In this document: positions 12,144 to 24,789 of the stretch, piece by piece | How the letters are laid out: each line of letters opens with the position of its first letter | How positions within the stretch are numbered: position 1 is the first letter of the stretch | NCBI RefSeq assembly: GCF_036365525.1 | Contig: NC_090392.1 | Location: forward strand, 57,785,247 to 57,849,246 | Direction: 5' to 3' | Origin: Heterodontus francisci | Taxonomy: Eukaryota | Length of the DNA: 64,000 bases | Made by a program: the position numbers and the translations under genes | Notes under the pieces: generated by a model | What the model was told of the DNA's origin: nothing | Seen by the model: the letters and a program-made list of their open reading frames with translations, nothing else | The model's database searches: none

Positions 12144-14271
12144 ATAGGACATAGGAACATAGGAGCAGGAGTAGGCCATTCAGCTCATCGAGCCTGCTCT
12201 GCCATTCAATACGATCATGGCTGATCATCCATTTCAATGCCTTTTTCCCACACTGTCCTCATATCCCCTTATGTCATTTGTATTTAGAAATCTGTCAATC
12301 CCTGCTTTAAACATACTCAATGACTGAGCTTCCACAGCCCTCTGGGGTACAGAATTCCAAAGATTCACAACCCTCTGAGTAAAGAAATTTCTCCTCGTCT
12401 CTGTCCTAAGTGGCTTCTGCCTTATTTTGAAATTGTGTCCCCTGATTCTACACTCCCCAAGCAGGGGAAGCCTCTTACCTGCATCTACCCTGTCTATCCC
12501 TTTAAGTATTTTGTAGGTTTCAATGAGATCCCCTCTCATTCTTTGAAACTCTGGAGAATACAGGCCCAGTTTCCCCAATCTCTCTTCATTGGACAGTTCC
12601 ACCATCCCGGGAACAAGTCTGGTGAACCTTCGTTGCACTCCCCCTATGGCAATAATATCCTTCCTAAGGTAAGGGGATCAAAACTGCACACAGTACTCCA
12701 AGTGCGGTCTAACCAAGGTTCTATACAATTGAAGCAAGACTTCACTACTCCTGTACTCAAATCCTCTTGAGATAAAGGCTAACATACCATTAGCCACCTT
12801 AATTGCTTGCTGCACCTGCATGTTAGCTTCCAGTGACTTATTGACGAGGACACCCAGGTCCCTTTGTACAGCTACACTTCCAAATCTCTTGCCATTTAAG
12901 AAATACTCTGCATATCTATTCCTTCTACCAAAGTGGATAACCATCGTTTCCACATTATATTCCATCATCCCTCTCACGAAGTCTGTCCAAATCCCCTTGA
13001 AGTTGCTTTGCATCTTCCTCACAACACACATTCCCACCTTGTTTTGTGTCATCCGCGAACCTGGAAATACTGCATTTGGTCCTCACATCCAAATCATTGA
13101 TATATATTGTGAACAGCTGGGGCTCAAGTACTGATGCCTATGGTACCCAATGAGTCACAGCTTGCCAACGTGAGAATGACCTGTTTATTCCTATTTTCTG
13201 TTTTCTGCCTGTTAATCAATCCTTAATCCATGCTAGTAAAGTACCACCTATCCCAGATGCTTTGTCTTTGCTAGCCAACCGCCTGTGGGGGACTTTATCT
13301 AAGGCCTTTTGAAAATCTAAGTATACCACATCCACCGATTTTGTTAGTAGCATCCTCAAAAAACTCCAACAGGTTTGGCAAACATTATTTCCCATTAATA
13401 AATCCATGTTGACTATGCCCAATCAGATCATTATTATCCAAGTGTCATTTATCACATCCTTTAGAATAGATTCTAGCATTTTCCCATTGACGGATATGAG
13501 GCTAACAGGTCTGTAATTCCCTGTTTTCTCTCTCCCTTCCTCCTTAAATAGTGGGGTGACATTTGCGACTTCCAATCTGCAGGAACCACACCAGAATCTA
13601 TGGGATTTTGGAAGATCATCACCAATGCATCCACTATCTCTATAGCTACCCCTTCCAACAGTCTAGGATGTAGAATATCAGGGTCATGGGGATTTATCAA
13701 CCTTCAGCCCCATTAATTTCTCCAATACAATCTTCTCACCAATACTAATTTCCTTCAATTCCTCATTCCCCCTAACTCCTTGGATCTCTAATTCTGAGAG
13801 ATTTCTTGTATCTTCCTCAGTGAAGACAGACACAAAGTAATCATTTAGCTTCTCTACCAATTCTCTGTTCCCCATTATAAATTCTCCTGACTCTGCTATA
13901 ATGGACTGACATTTGTCTTAGCCAAATGCTTCCTTATTTGTACCTATAGAAGCTTTTATATTTTTTGTTAGCTTACATTCATATTCTATTCTTCCTTTCT
14001 TTATCTGTTTCTTGGTACTCCTTTGCTATATTCTAAAATCCTCCCAATACTCAGGTTTACTACTATTTGTGGCAACTTTATAGGCCTTTTCTTTTAATCT
14101 TATACAATGCTTAACTTCCTTTGTTATCCACGGTTGACTGCCTTTACTTTTGGGGATTTTGTGCCTTGAAGGAATGTATAGTTGTTGTAAACTGTGTAGT
14201 ATTTCTTGCAAGACTATCCATTGCCTCTGTACTGTCATACCTTTTAATGTATTTTACCAATCCACCTCAGT
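12144..14271 (-). mobile_element. Younger 5'-truncated CR1 LINE inserted in the older CR1
   Basis: Tail ataggaacataggagcaggagtaggccattc. ORF2 pieces VVYLDFQKALDKVPHRRL, LVRPHLEYCVQF, RNFFTQRVVNLWNS with frameshifts. Confidence 0.9.
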
Positions 14272-15283
14272 GTACATTGCTATCAAATCTCCTCTCAATT
14301 TCCATGCGCAAAGGAGAACACCCCCAGCTTTTCCAACCTAATTTTGTTACTAAAATCCCTTATTGCTGGAGCCATTCTGGTAAATCTCCTCTGCACCCTC
14401 TCAAGGACCTGAACATCCTTCCTGAAGTGTGGTAACCAGAACTGGATGCAATACTCTAGTGGCCGACTACAGCTTTATAAATGTTCAGCGTAACTTCCCT
14501 GTTATTGTTCTCAATACCTCTGTTTACTAAGCTGAAAATCCATATGCTTTGCCGACTGCTATCTCAATATGTCCTGCCACCTTCAAAGATCTGTGCACAT
14601 GAACCCCCAGGTCCCTCTGTCCTTGCGCACTCTTTAGAATGATGCCATTAAGTCTATATTGCCTTTCCCTATCCCTTCTGTCAGAATGCATCAGCTCACA
14701 CTTCTCTGTATTAAATTCCATTGGCCACTTGTCTGTCCATTCTGCTAGCCTATCTATGACCTGTTGCCATTGATTAGTGTCATCCTCACTGTTACCTCCA
14801 AGTTTGATATCATCGGCACATTTCGATATTTTACTCTGTATTCCAATATCTAAGTCATTTATGTATATAAAAAAGCAGTGATCATAGCACTGACCCTTGG
14901 GAAACACCACTGTCTATCATCCTCCAGTCTGAAAAAACAACTATCTACCATTACTCATTGTTTTTTGTTCTTCAGACAATTTTTTATCCAAGCGCCCTGC
15001 TATTCCATGACTCTCAATTTTGTTAAACAGCCTTTTGTGTGGTACTTTGTCAAATGCTTTCTTAAAATCCATATAGACAACACCCATTATTTCCCTTCAT
15101 TAACCTTCTCTGTTACTTCCTCAAAAAAATCAACTAACTTAGTCAATGCCTTTTGCAAATCCACGCTGGCTCTCTCTCTAATTAACTCAAACCTCTCCAA
15201 GCGCCTGTAAATTATTTTCGCTGATTACTGTTTCTAAAACCTTACCCACCACTGATACTAAACTGACTGGCCTGTAGTTACTC

Positions 15284-18200
15284 GGGTGGGAGTTTAATTC
15301 GCTCCTGAGGGTGGGAAAGGGGGCGGCTGGTCACTTAAACCTGTCCCTCAGATCGGTGTGCCAGTTTCCCGACGGGAAGAGGCAACCTGCTGCTCTGTGC
15401 AAATGGCCACTTAAGCCTATTAACAAGCTTGTTGTAAGTTCGTTAAAGGGCCAGTTAAGGATTTTCTTTCTAAGGTGCGGGTTCAATGCACTGCCAGAAC
15501 TATGACAGGGAAGAGCAGGAGGCAGTGAAACAGCGGGGAGTGATCTGGAATGGTGGGACAGAAGCAAGAGGCAGCATTGAAGAGGAAAGGTTTATAGAAG
15601 GCCCTCATTTAGAGGCAACCAGTTGTACTGAGTGAGAAGACTTATCTCTCTCCTCCCTTCACGCTTGACAAGGGAATTTTGGGGGCCTTAGGAATGTGGG
15701 GTTGGTTGGAGGGGTGGTGTGGACAGGTTCCTCTGCTAACAGACGACACCTTGGAGCCTGCACTGTCTTTCTTGTGCACCTTCCACCAGTGCACAAATGG
15801 ACATCAGATGGGGCTGTGAAGGTGTTCAGGAAGACTCCACATTCCATTGCCAACAAGGGAAAGGCAATACAGGAAATGGGACCAAGCTTCTCCGAGCTTG
15901 CTCCAACCAGCCATAGGAGCAGTATCTGCCACAGCAGAGGCAGACCCCTGGGGAGTGGGGGCAAAGGGGTGAGGACGGAGAGGCAGGGAGGCTCCAGTCT
16001 CTCCACCTTACAGAATCTGCACCAGTGGTCTGCCAACCCTCACCTCCCAATCTCCTGCATTTTCGAAATCGAAACACAGAAGTCAGCCTTCGAGCAACAA
16101 CTTTTCTCGTGCTTTATCGCTTAACATTTCGCCATTTACATCAGAAACACCCAAGTGACCAACAAAGTAACATTACTGATCTGAAGGCCTGCGCTCATGG
16201 CCACTCCTATAAGGTGCTCCTGTAGCTGAGGATAAGGTGGAGCTAGTCTGCTTGCTCGTGTCTCTCTGGGACTAAGATGCCTGTGGCAGGTGGCCTTGCC
16301 ATGGAGATCCTGGTGGGGAAGTTAGGGGGGGTAGAGGAGGGGGGGTGGTGGGGTCAGCTCCAAAGGCTGCTGCACTGGCATTACTGCAGTGATAGCCTCC
16401 TTCACAGGGCATGATCTACAGATGTTTTGCCCATTGAAGGGCCCGTGCAGGTGGATAAGGATGACAGAGCCGCGTCAGGGGTGGTCTCCTCATCACAATT
16501 TGTCACCTCCTCAGCCCTCTCCACCAGCTGGAGCGCAGCTGGCATCCACTCCATGCTCTGTTGTGCCATTTGCAACACTGACTGGTGCATTCTGTGCATG
16601 TCAGTGCGCTGTTCCTGCATCCACTCTGAGTGATGCTACATTTGGCTTTCCATGAGGTTGGCCATTCTCTGAATGGAGGAGCTCATGTGCTCAAAGCACT
16701 GAGACACTGAGGAGCACATGACATGAATGGACTCCTCCATTTTCATCCCATGACTCGCAGTGCCTCAGGTAACTCGAACATATTGCCATACAGCTGATAC
16801 TGGTTCTCCAGGTAGAGCTGCCTTTTTCATGATTCCCTAGGCTCTGCATCTCCACCCTGCTGAACAGGGCTGTGCCTGTCCTCCATCCTCCGAGTGGGAC
16901 TGGCCAGTGCCGACTTTGCCTCCCCCAAATCCTCCTGCTCTGATGTGATCTGCACTTCACCCTGTGCAACTCTCTCTAATAAAGCACAAGGACCCATTGA
17001 GGTGTGAATATCTGCACTGGTGGAGGGTCCACAAGAAAGACACTGCAGGCTCCAAGGTGCCGTCCTCCTCTGATTCCTTGGGATCTTGTTGGCGTTGTGT
17101 GGGCTCCTGCCCCTCTGTGGCTGGCCCTGTGGGAGACTAAGAGAAGCTGGTTATGAGAATTCAGGACAGTCAGCAGATGCTCACGCTACCATGAACAATG
17201 AAGTGACAGCATAGGCATTGACAGCTCATTGCATGGGGAGCATTGCCATGCATCCCCAGGGCATGGAGGTGTTGAGATGTTTTCACCCCATCTACAGAGG
17301 ACCCTCACTTCTCCATCCCCCTGTATCCTTGTGGCTTGACAATCTGGCCAGAATACTGGCCTGCTCCTCAAAAAGTGTCAGTGACTCTAGCTGTGGCATT
17401 CTGCCATCCAGGTGTGCCCTCTCATTCTCCCTGGCATGCAATGCCCATTTGGCCTGCAAGGCAAAGAAAGATACGGTTAGAATTTTGCCTCTTTCACTCA
17501 GCACTCTCAGTTATTTATTTGCATAAGCTGTTGCAGTCTGCATTCCAAACTCCTGTCCAGCAGCACCAAGGCTGTGATGTATCTTTATGGGTCATGGAGG
17601 TTGCTGAGCATGCATCTCTCCCATCGTAAGGAGACCACTGTGCGCCTCAGAATGGGGAGAAGGGTGTAGTGGTGGTGTCACTGGCCTTGTAATCCAAATC
17701 CCCAGGCTATTGCTCTGGGGACATGGGTTCAGGTCCCACCATGGCAGATGGTGGAATTTGAACTCAATAAATCTGGAATTAAAAGCTAGTTTAATGGTGA
17801 CCATGAAACCATTGTTGATCGTTGTAAAAACCCATCTGGTTGACTAATGTCTGCCATCCTCACCTGGTCTGGCCTACATGTGACTCCAGACCCACAGCAA
17901 ATGTGTTTGACTCTTAAATAGCCGAGCAAGCCACTCAGTTCAAGGGCAATTAGGGATAGGCAACAAATGCTGGCCTAGCCAGTGATGCCCCCATCCCATA
18001 AATAAATAAGAAAAAAGTCCTTTTTGCACTCTGGTGACTGCCTACCAGGAGGCCTCCCATCTGGCTCTATTTTTGAACTTACCTTTCCGGACCTGAGAAA
18101 GTCATTGAAATGCATCTGGCACTGCACCCAGTTCCTCCTCACCACTCCTCTGCTGCTGACCTTGTTAGTCACCTCCAGCCATGTCCTTTTGGTGAGACTT

Positions 18201-18599
18201 ACACTCTTTCTGTTACCACTGGCAGGGAACAGGGTGTTCTTTCTCAGTCACAATTCCAGCAGCACCTTCAGTGAGCCATCCAAAAGACTGGACAATGCCC
18301 TGGCATGGTGGGGCCTCCTTTCTCACTGCCCTTTGCACAGCACCCTCCTCCATTCCTTGGGTGAATAGCAACCTCAGCAATGGCTGCCACCCACCCTTTA
18401 AATCGGGCCTGCCGCTGTCTAAGTCCCACTTCCTGTCTGCGTCCACTACTGCTAATTGGCTGGAGAACGTGACTCCAGGCCAATTAGCAACTTTGCATAC
18501 CAAAATAGCAAAGCGTGCACACTGCCAAAGCAGTGCAGAGTCAGGACCTGGAAATGAACATGAGATTAGGATCCCGACTCCTGCATGGAAATCTCGCCC
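15284..18599 (-). mobile_element. Non-autonomous PIF/Harbinger element carrying a decayed spliced Myb/SANT gene
   Basis: Termini GGGTGGGAGTTT ... GAAATCTCGCCC interrupt a CR1. Minus-strand Myb/SANT exon LTKRTWLEVTNKVSSRGVVRRNWVQCQMHFNDFLRSGK/gtaagt (~18330-18083); second exon AKWALHARENERAHLDG (~17455-17290). No transposase core found. Confidence 0.75.
17655..18017 (+). mobile_element. tRNA-derived SINE inserted in the Harbinger Myb intron
   Basis: A-box-like tgtagtggtgg, B-box GGTTCAGGTCC (17726-17736), 3' end gggcaattagggataggcaacaaatgctggcctagccag..catcccataaataaataagaaaaaa. Confidence 0.8.
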
Positions 18600-20640
18600 A
18601 TGGAATGTCCTTGCACCCTTTCTTGAATAAGGGTGTCCCATTTGCCACTCTTCAATCCACTGGCACCTCCCCTCCGTATCTAGGGAAGATTGGAAGATTA
18701 CGGCAACCTCTTCCCCTATCTCCATCCCCACTTCCCTTAGCAGCCTGGGATGCAAGCCATCCGGACCAGCTATCTTATCTACTCTAAACATAGCCAGCCT
18801 TTCCAGTACATCCTGCCTATCAATTTTCACCCCAGCCATTACCTCTACCATCTCTACTTCTGCTGATATATTGTTAGCATCTTCTTCCTTAATAAAAACC
18901 AATGCAAAGTACTCATTAAGTATTTTAGCCTTGCCCCCCCTGTACCCCTAAGCATATATCATCCTCTTTATCCCTAGTAGGCCCAACCCTGTGTTTTACT
19001 ACCCACTTACTATTTACATGCAGTATAAGATTTTTGGGTCCCCTTTTATGTTAACTGCCATTCTTTTCTCATGTTCTCTTTTTGCCAGTCTTATTTTCCT
19101 CTTCACTTCCCGTTTCAACTTAATATATTTGGCCTGACTCTGGATTTCCACATTTAACAGCACATGTGTGGATTCCGGAAGTTGCTGTGAGTTTCACAAT
19201 TGTCAGTTCACTATTCCCTTTTCAAGCTGTACTATTCGACAGTGTGGTTTTCTGCTTCATGACACTTTCTTCTACATTTGCATAGGTTATGGAATCTTGT
19301 AGCAAATTGCCCAAGTTTAACAAGGTTGCCTTCAAGTACTTAGGCTACTTCCAAATGCTTGAAGCTTTAAAGGGGCAGGAGAGTCCTGGGTTAAAATATG
19401 GTACCAAATGATACTTTTCCAATTGCATGCTTTCCTTGGGTCATTTGGTTCAGGATTTACTCTCCAGTTGGTATGAAGTTGCAACCTTCATTGAGATGAA
19501 TTCCATGGAAATTTAATGCCTCTGCCGAGTTATGAAAATTCACTACTTTAAATGAGAAGGGTTTTTTAATAGCCTGATATATTCTTAATAGAGATTGATG
19601 GACTACTTTGAGCAACATATATGCCCAGATTTTCCATTCCCTGCCTGTAAAACAGTCAAAGCTCATTAATGTACAATCTGAGGCTAAATTATATCAAATC
19701 CTACATCAGTATGGTTCGATCATCACCATGTTAACACAAGTACTGATAAACTTGCAAACTTATATATCAGAACGTGTACATGCGGACCTGATGGACAATG
19801 GAAGGGTAACATTTCAGAGGATAAAAATCCCTTGTAGTACCTGGATTTTGAGCCAGCGAGTTTAATTTTATAAGTATTGGGTTTAAGTTTATTTCCTACT
19901 TTGATGATTATGTTGACATGACAAAATCCACTGAGTTGCACCTTAGTCCCCTTTAAATCCCTCTTTACATTTCGTTTTCTATCTGTTTCTTTGCCCCATT
20001 TTGGCCCTTGAAGATTACCACCCTACTCATTTTATAGGGAAGGCTGAGAAATGCTTGTATAAAATATATGCATTTTAAAAACTATTTTGAGAATTGAAAT
20101 TTTTAATTCTCACTGTCTTCTGCCAAGATGTGTGGAATTCAACATCATATGATGACGTGGCCCTGCATGTGCCACCTTGTTTGCATCTTTAAGTTTCTGT
20201 GTGGTGTTGTATTAAATTGACAGTGTCAGTCCACTTACATACTACTTTCATTGTATAAATCTCATTCGCCATCTCCACATCTAGCAGTGAATGTACTTCT
20301 GACAAGTGGTTATACGACAAATTCTCCAAAAAGCAAATATAAATTAGTCTCCGTCATAGCAATGCATGTCCATGAGATTAACCTGTCCTTCATAATGACG
20401 TTTTTTGTATACCATTTACCTTCCCTTGACTACTTTTTTCCTTAAAATCCCAGTTAACTGAATGGAAACCGAATGTGGTGACGTCAGGAGGGGTTAATAA
20501 AGTCAGTCTCCCCATTTGCAGCAAAATGAAAATTGATTAATCTGGTTTATTCAGCAAATATTAAGTATTAAAATGTTATGACATAGGCAACGTTTGACTT
20601 TTCATTCTAACTTATTGCTCTGATTCTGTTTTCTGATCAG

Positions 20641-20711
20641 GCTCTATCTACTGGAATCCTGTGATAATGCTGACCCTTCTGGTTCTCGGCTTGACAGCAG
20701 CACTTCATTAA
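20641..20711 (+). CDS. OTOA: Otoancorin-like protein, terminal exon encoding GPI-anchor signal
   Basis: Acceptor ttctgttttctgatcAG; phase 1 matches the upstream donor. Encodes (G)SIYWNPVIMLTLLVLGLTAALH* - a hydrophobic C-terminus with no cytoplasmic tail after small residues NGAG. The six exons total 753 nt (250 aa plus stop). Confidence 0.8.
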
Positions 20712-21703
20712 ATTGTGAATTGAAGAATCAGGAAAATCACTGTTGCTGAGACTTACGTCAAGCAAAGCCCAAATGCAATTATCCATTGAAGTTTCAAGTT
20801 AAAAATAATACAATTATAAACCACCGTAAATTTCTTCCCATTAACATCACACATAATTGGTTAACCATATAAAACACTGCAGTTAAAGGGATGGTATTTC
20901 TCACTAGATCTACCAAAACGGTAAACATTAAATAATATATTGTGTTAGTAACTTCTTAATTTTAAATGTCGGTCAGCTCAAATCTTGCTGGAAGGTGCCA
21001 TAGGTAAAATGAAAATGATGGTGATAGCCAGTTTGTACAAGAAACCATTTTTTTAAACTTCAGACTTGAAGTGGAGGGTTTTATTTTGCTAGTAAACAGT
21101 AACCAGATGCTGTTGCAGTGAATGTGTGATAGGGAACAGAAGGAGCATGTGTATGTGGTTACTGCTGGTTGTGTTCCATTAACCTTTTGGCTGGGGACAG
21201 ATCGCGTAATACAAAAGCCTGTATAGATAATACTTGGTCCATGTGATCTCCTGGACTGGTTTTGATTGCCTGGGGATTGCAGGGGTGGGGGGGTGCGGTG
21301 GCGAAGAGATATTTTTGCTTCTTCCAGGAGGTTATACAGCTGTGGTGGGGGCTGAGAGGGGTGGACTGGGCGCTGTCTTGTAGGGCATGGGGGGAGATTA
21401 CTGTGTAGCCGTGATGTTCCAGGCATCATGAGTTTGGAGCAGGCTTGATGGCCTAGTTGGTCTTTTCTTTCCATCATTACCCTATTTTTTTTCTATTTCA
21501 GCAGCAATTCAAACTATTACAAAACTGTTGGTGGGATTTACCCATTTGGGAACACACACTTGGGAAGGCAGACTTCCTGCATGAACTCAGAAAATCATAA
21601 ATCCAACATTTTATTGAAGATCGAGTAGTATGGATAAGGTGATAGGACATGGTGTACTGTTATACATTCTTTTATAGGCTGATGAAAAAACTGCAGTTTG
21701 TTC

Positions 21704-21709
21704 AATAAA
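21704..21709 (+). promoter_or_regulatory. Candidate polyadenylation signal (AATAAA) of the OTOA-like gene
   Basis: AATAAA about 1 kb after the stop, followed by T-rich sequence. An ATTAAA near 20927 is an alternative. Confidence 0.35.
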
Positions 21710-21754
21710 ATTTACTTTTTCACATTACATTCTTTACAAAGGTGGCCAGACTAA

Positions 21755-22330
21755 GGGGGGGAATTTTATGCTGTCTCCTGCGGCGGGTTTGGATGTGACG
21801 GGAAACCCCACTCCCCCACCCCTGCCACCATCCCAGCTCCACCAAAATTTAGTTCGGGGCGAGAAGGCTCGTGAACGGCCTTCCTGCCCCATCGCCAATT
21901 GAGGCCCTTAACTGGGCAATTGGCCCCAATTAAGGGCCTCTTCCCACTACAGCAACAATTAGCCATGTGGCAGGCGGCCCTGCCGCTGCACGGGAAGCAC
22001 AGCATGATAAACCATGTGGGCTGCTTCCTGGCTCCGTGATTGTGGGGGCCTTTGTTAAAAGGCACTTAGTGCCTGATCGAGGGACCCGGCATTGGGAATG
22101 GGCTTGTCCGCTGGGAGCCATGCCCTGCCCTTCCTACCTACCCCCTATAACCCCTCCCCCGCAACCCGTCCCACCCTGCCCTACGTGAGTCCCGGGTTCC
22201 AGCGATGCTCCTCGACCTCCAATAGGTGCTCATCCAGCAGCAGCCACTGCCTCCACAATGGCACTGCAGCTGCTGGCCTCTGATTGGCTGACAGCTCCCT
22301 AAGGCAACGGGAGCCTTGATCCCGTTGAAA
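21755..22330 (+). mobile_element. Harbinger-type MITE fragment
   Basis: Starts gggggaattttatgctg; GC-rich body homologous to 2090-2752. Confidence 0.65.
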
Positions 22331-23357
22331 GTCCACCGGAGTATGTTTCACTGAAATACTCCCATTTTTTAAAACAATATAGATATTGCTTCCCACATTG
22401 GTTAAAATCAAAAGCAGTGCTTTACACAAACTGGAGTTTCTTTGTAAGGGCAAAATAAGTGAGCATATTAACTTTCAATGGGCTTATATAAACTGCTTAA
22501 AAAGACAGCAAAAATCTTTCTCTTAACTTATAAATGGTCTGAATGGAACTTTTATTCTGTTAAGCATTTGTTTTATGGAAGTGACCAAAATTGTGGTGTC
22601 TGTGCATTTTATATTCTCACAATTACACCTTCAGTTTGAGGAGGTAATCATTTACCCTAGGCTTTAAAGTGGAGTTAATGTTTGTTCTTTTGATTTTTAA
22701 CATTCTTAAAGAAAATGAATTTCAGAAGACAGGAAAACATTGTATCTGATTTATGCCGGCCATATCTTTTCTGGTGTCAGGCAATAGTCTTTGTACTAAG
22801 ATCTGTTAACACTGGCCACTTAAGACTAGAAAGTGCTTTTGTCAATAATAGAACTGGGGGCGAGGGGGAGTTGGGGGTGGATTTTAACCTGCAAGGCAGG
22901 GGAGGGAGTGTGGGTATTGGTGCATGCAGGGGGCTAAAACATCAAAAAAATGCCGTCATGTCGGGAACGCGCCAACTTCTGCATTTAAATGGGGCGCGTT
23001 TCAAAGCGTGCAGGAAGCTGCCATGAAAATGGTGCATCCGTGATTTAAATGTGCAAAAAAACCTGTTGACTGAGGATTTAACCCTGGATTCTGGCATTAA
23101 CTGATGGTGCACGGGTTTCCTGGGCTGTCTGAAACTTGCCAGGATCAACAAGTCGAGAGCACAATGAAGATTAACAGGGCTGTGAAATTGACAGGCTGGA
23201 ACGTCTTTAAATACACAGACCTGACCTCTGCTTCTTTGCCTAAGTGAAAGGCTTTTGCTCACAGGACTTGTTCTGAGACTGTGCTTTCACTGCTTTGGAG
23301 GTGATTTCCAAGACTCTGGAGGTCATTTCTGCTAAGTTGGATTTTCTTGACCTTTTG

Positions 23358-24510
23358 ATGTGCACTTCCCAGCTGTCAACCTTCTCGACTGCAGCTTCTG
23401 CAGCTTTACCTTGGACCTCTGATGTGGAACAAGAGGAGGAGCAGCAGCAGGAGAAGCAGCAGCCTTCTCCTATGCCACCAGCTGCTCCACAGGACAGAGT
23501 GGATGAAAACAGAGCTCCTGCTCGCAGGAGGCAATACCCCCAGCACAGGATCACCAATAGAGCATCAGTTTTCTGGACATGACTGAACACCAGTGCTTCA
23601 GGAGGCTCAAACCTTCATGGCAGGTTGTTTCTGACATCTGCAGTCTTCTGGAACAAGGACTCTTTCCAAGTGGACCAGGTGGGCACGCATTGCCACTGGT
23701 AGTCAAGGTCACCACAGCCCTGAATTTCTTCATGTTTGTCTCCTTCCAGGGACCTGCAGTATTTCATAATCTGTTGCCCACAAGTACATCTCCCAGGTAA
23801 CCGATGCCATGCTTCCTAGACCAGTTACATCCACTTTACAACTGATGAGGCCAGTCAAAATGAGAGGGTGCTCAGATTTGCTGTTCCGGCTGGATACCCA
23901 CACATACAGGGAGTCATTAACTGTACGTATGTGGCAATTAAGGCACCCTCCGATCAACCAGGAGTATTCGTCAATCAAAAGCAATTCCATTCCATCAATG
24001 TTCAGCAAATGTATAACACTGGAAGATAATCATGCATGTCTATGCAAGATGACAAGGAAGCTGCCATGATGCCTTCATTCTGCGCCAATCAAATCTACCA
24101 CAGATATTTGCACCTCCAAGCAGAGTCAGCGGATGGCACCTTGGAGACAAAGGGCTACCTCTAAAGACATGGCTGCTGATAACTGAGAGCAGCCCTACAA
24201 CTGATGCATTGAAAAGGTATGACAGAAGTTACGTGAGCGCAAGAGCAGTCATTGAGCAAGCCATCAGGTTGCTGAAGATGTGATTTCAGGTGCCTAAACA
24301 AATCCGGGGCACCCTTTAGTATGCACCAATAAGGGTTCCAGAGCAGTGTGGAGCTACAGGAGGAGGAGGGTGAGGAACTCTCTGTATCTACAGAGCAGGA
24401 GGAAGAAAAGGAAGAGGATGAGCCTGATGCGGCCAGGATCCCTGCAGCTGATCACATCGCTGCCAGAGATGCCCCCAACAGACTTATACAGACATAATTC
24501 AGCTAGCCTG
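23358..24510 (+). pseudogene. Harbinger (HARBI1-like) DDE transposase, frameshifted
   Basis: Motifs MTEHQCFRRL..ALPLVVKVTTALNFF..SFQG, GVINCTYVAI (GAIDCTHVAI), FHSINVQ, GSCHDAFILRQS, LGDKG, ARAVIEQAIRLLKM spread across frames. Confidence 0.9.
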
Positions 24511-24789
24511 AGGATGTGCAGCCATATGAAACACCAATACTGAACCTACTTGGTACCCCGCCCACCCCCAAATCAAAGCACTCTCAATAGTCAATAATCC
24601 TTTCATCTCACTGATATCCATTGCTTGTTTTCTATTCTAGTCATACCATTTTCCTCAAAGTTGATGGTTGGTGGGCAGGTGAGAGGTAACAATGGAGATG
24701 CCTGGATGATGGAGACTTGAAATAAAGTTTATGGTGCCTTAACATTGGCAATAACAGGCTTTTAAGACACACAACTGATGTCCCATGTG

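Larger units (their letters stand above)
11797..19140 (-). mobile_element. Older CR1 LINE in three pieces (~11797-12143, ~14272-15283, 18600-~19140)
   Basis: Pieces join colinearly across the insertions (gtgtcata|gtacattgctatcaaatctc; ggcctgtagttact|gaatgtccttgcaccc). RT remnants FIYINDLD..ISKCADDIKLGG and AGPDGLHPRLLREV. Confidence 0.8.

Noticed and set aside
17655-17745. tRNA gene
   Set aside because: The A/B boxes are the head of a SINE with a body and A-rich tail; no intact cloverleaf.
23358-24510. Domesticated HARBI1 host gene
   Set aside because: Multiple frameshifts and stops, altered catalytic motif (IN instead of ID), and location inside TIRs.
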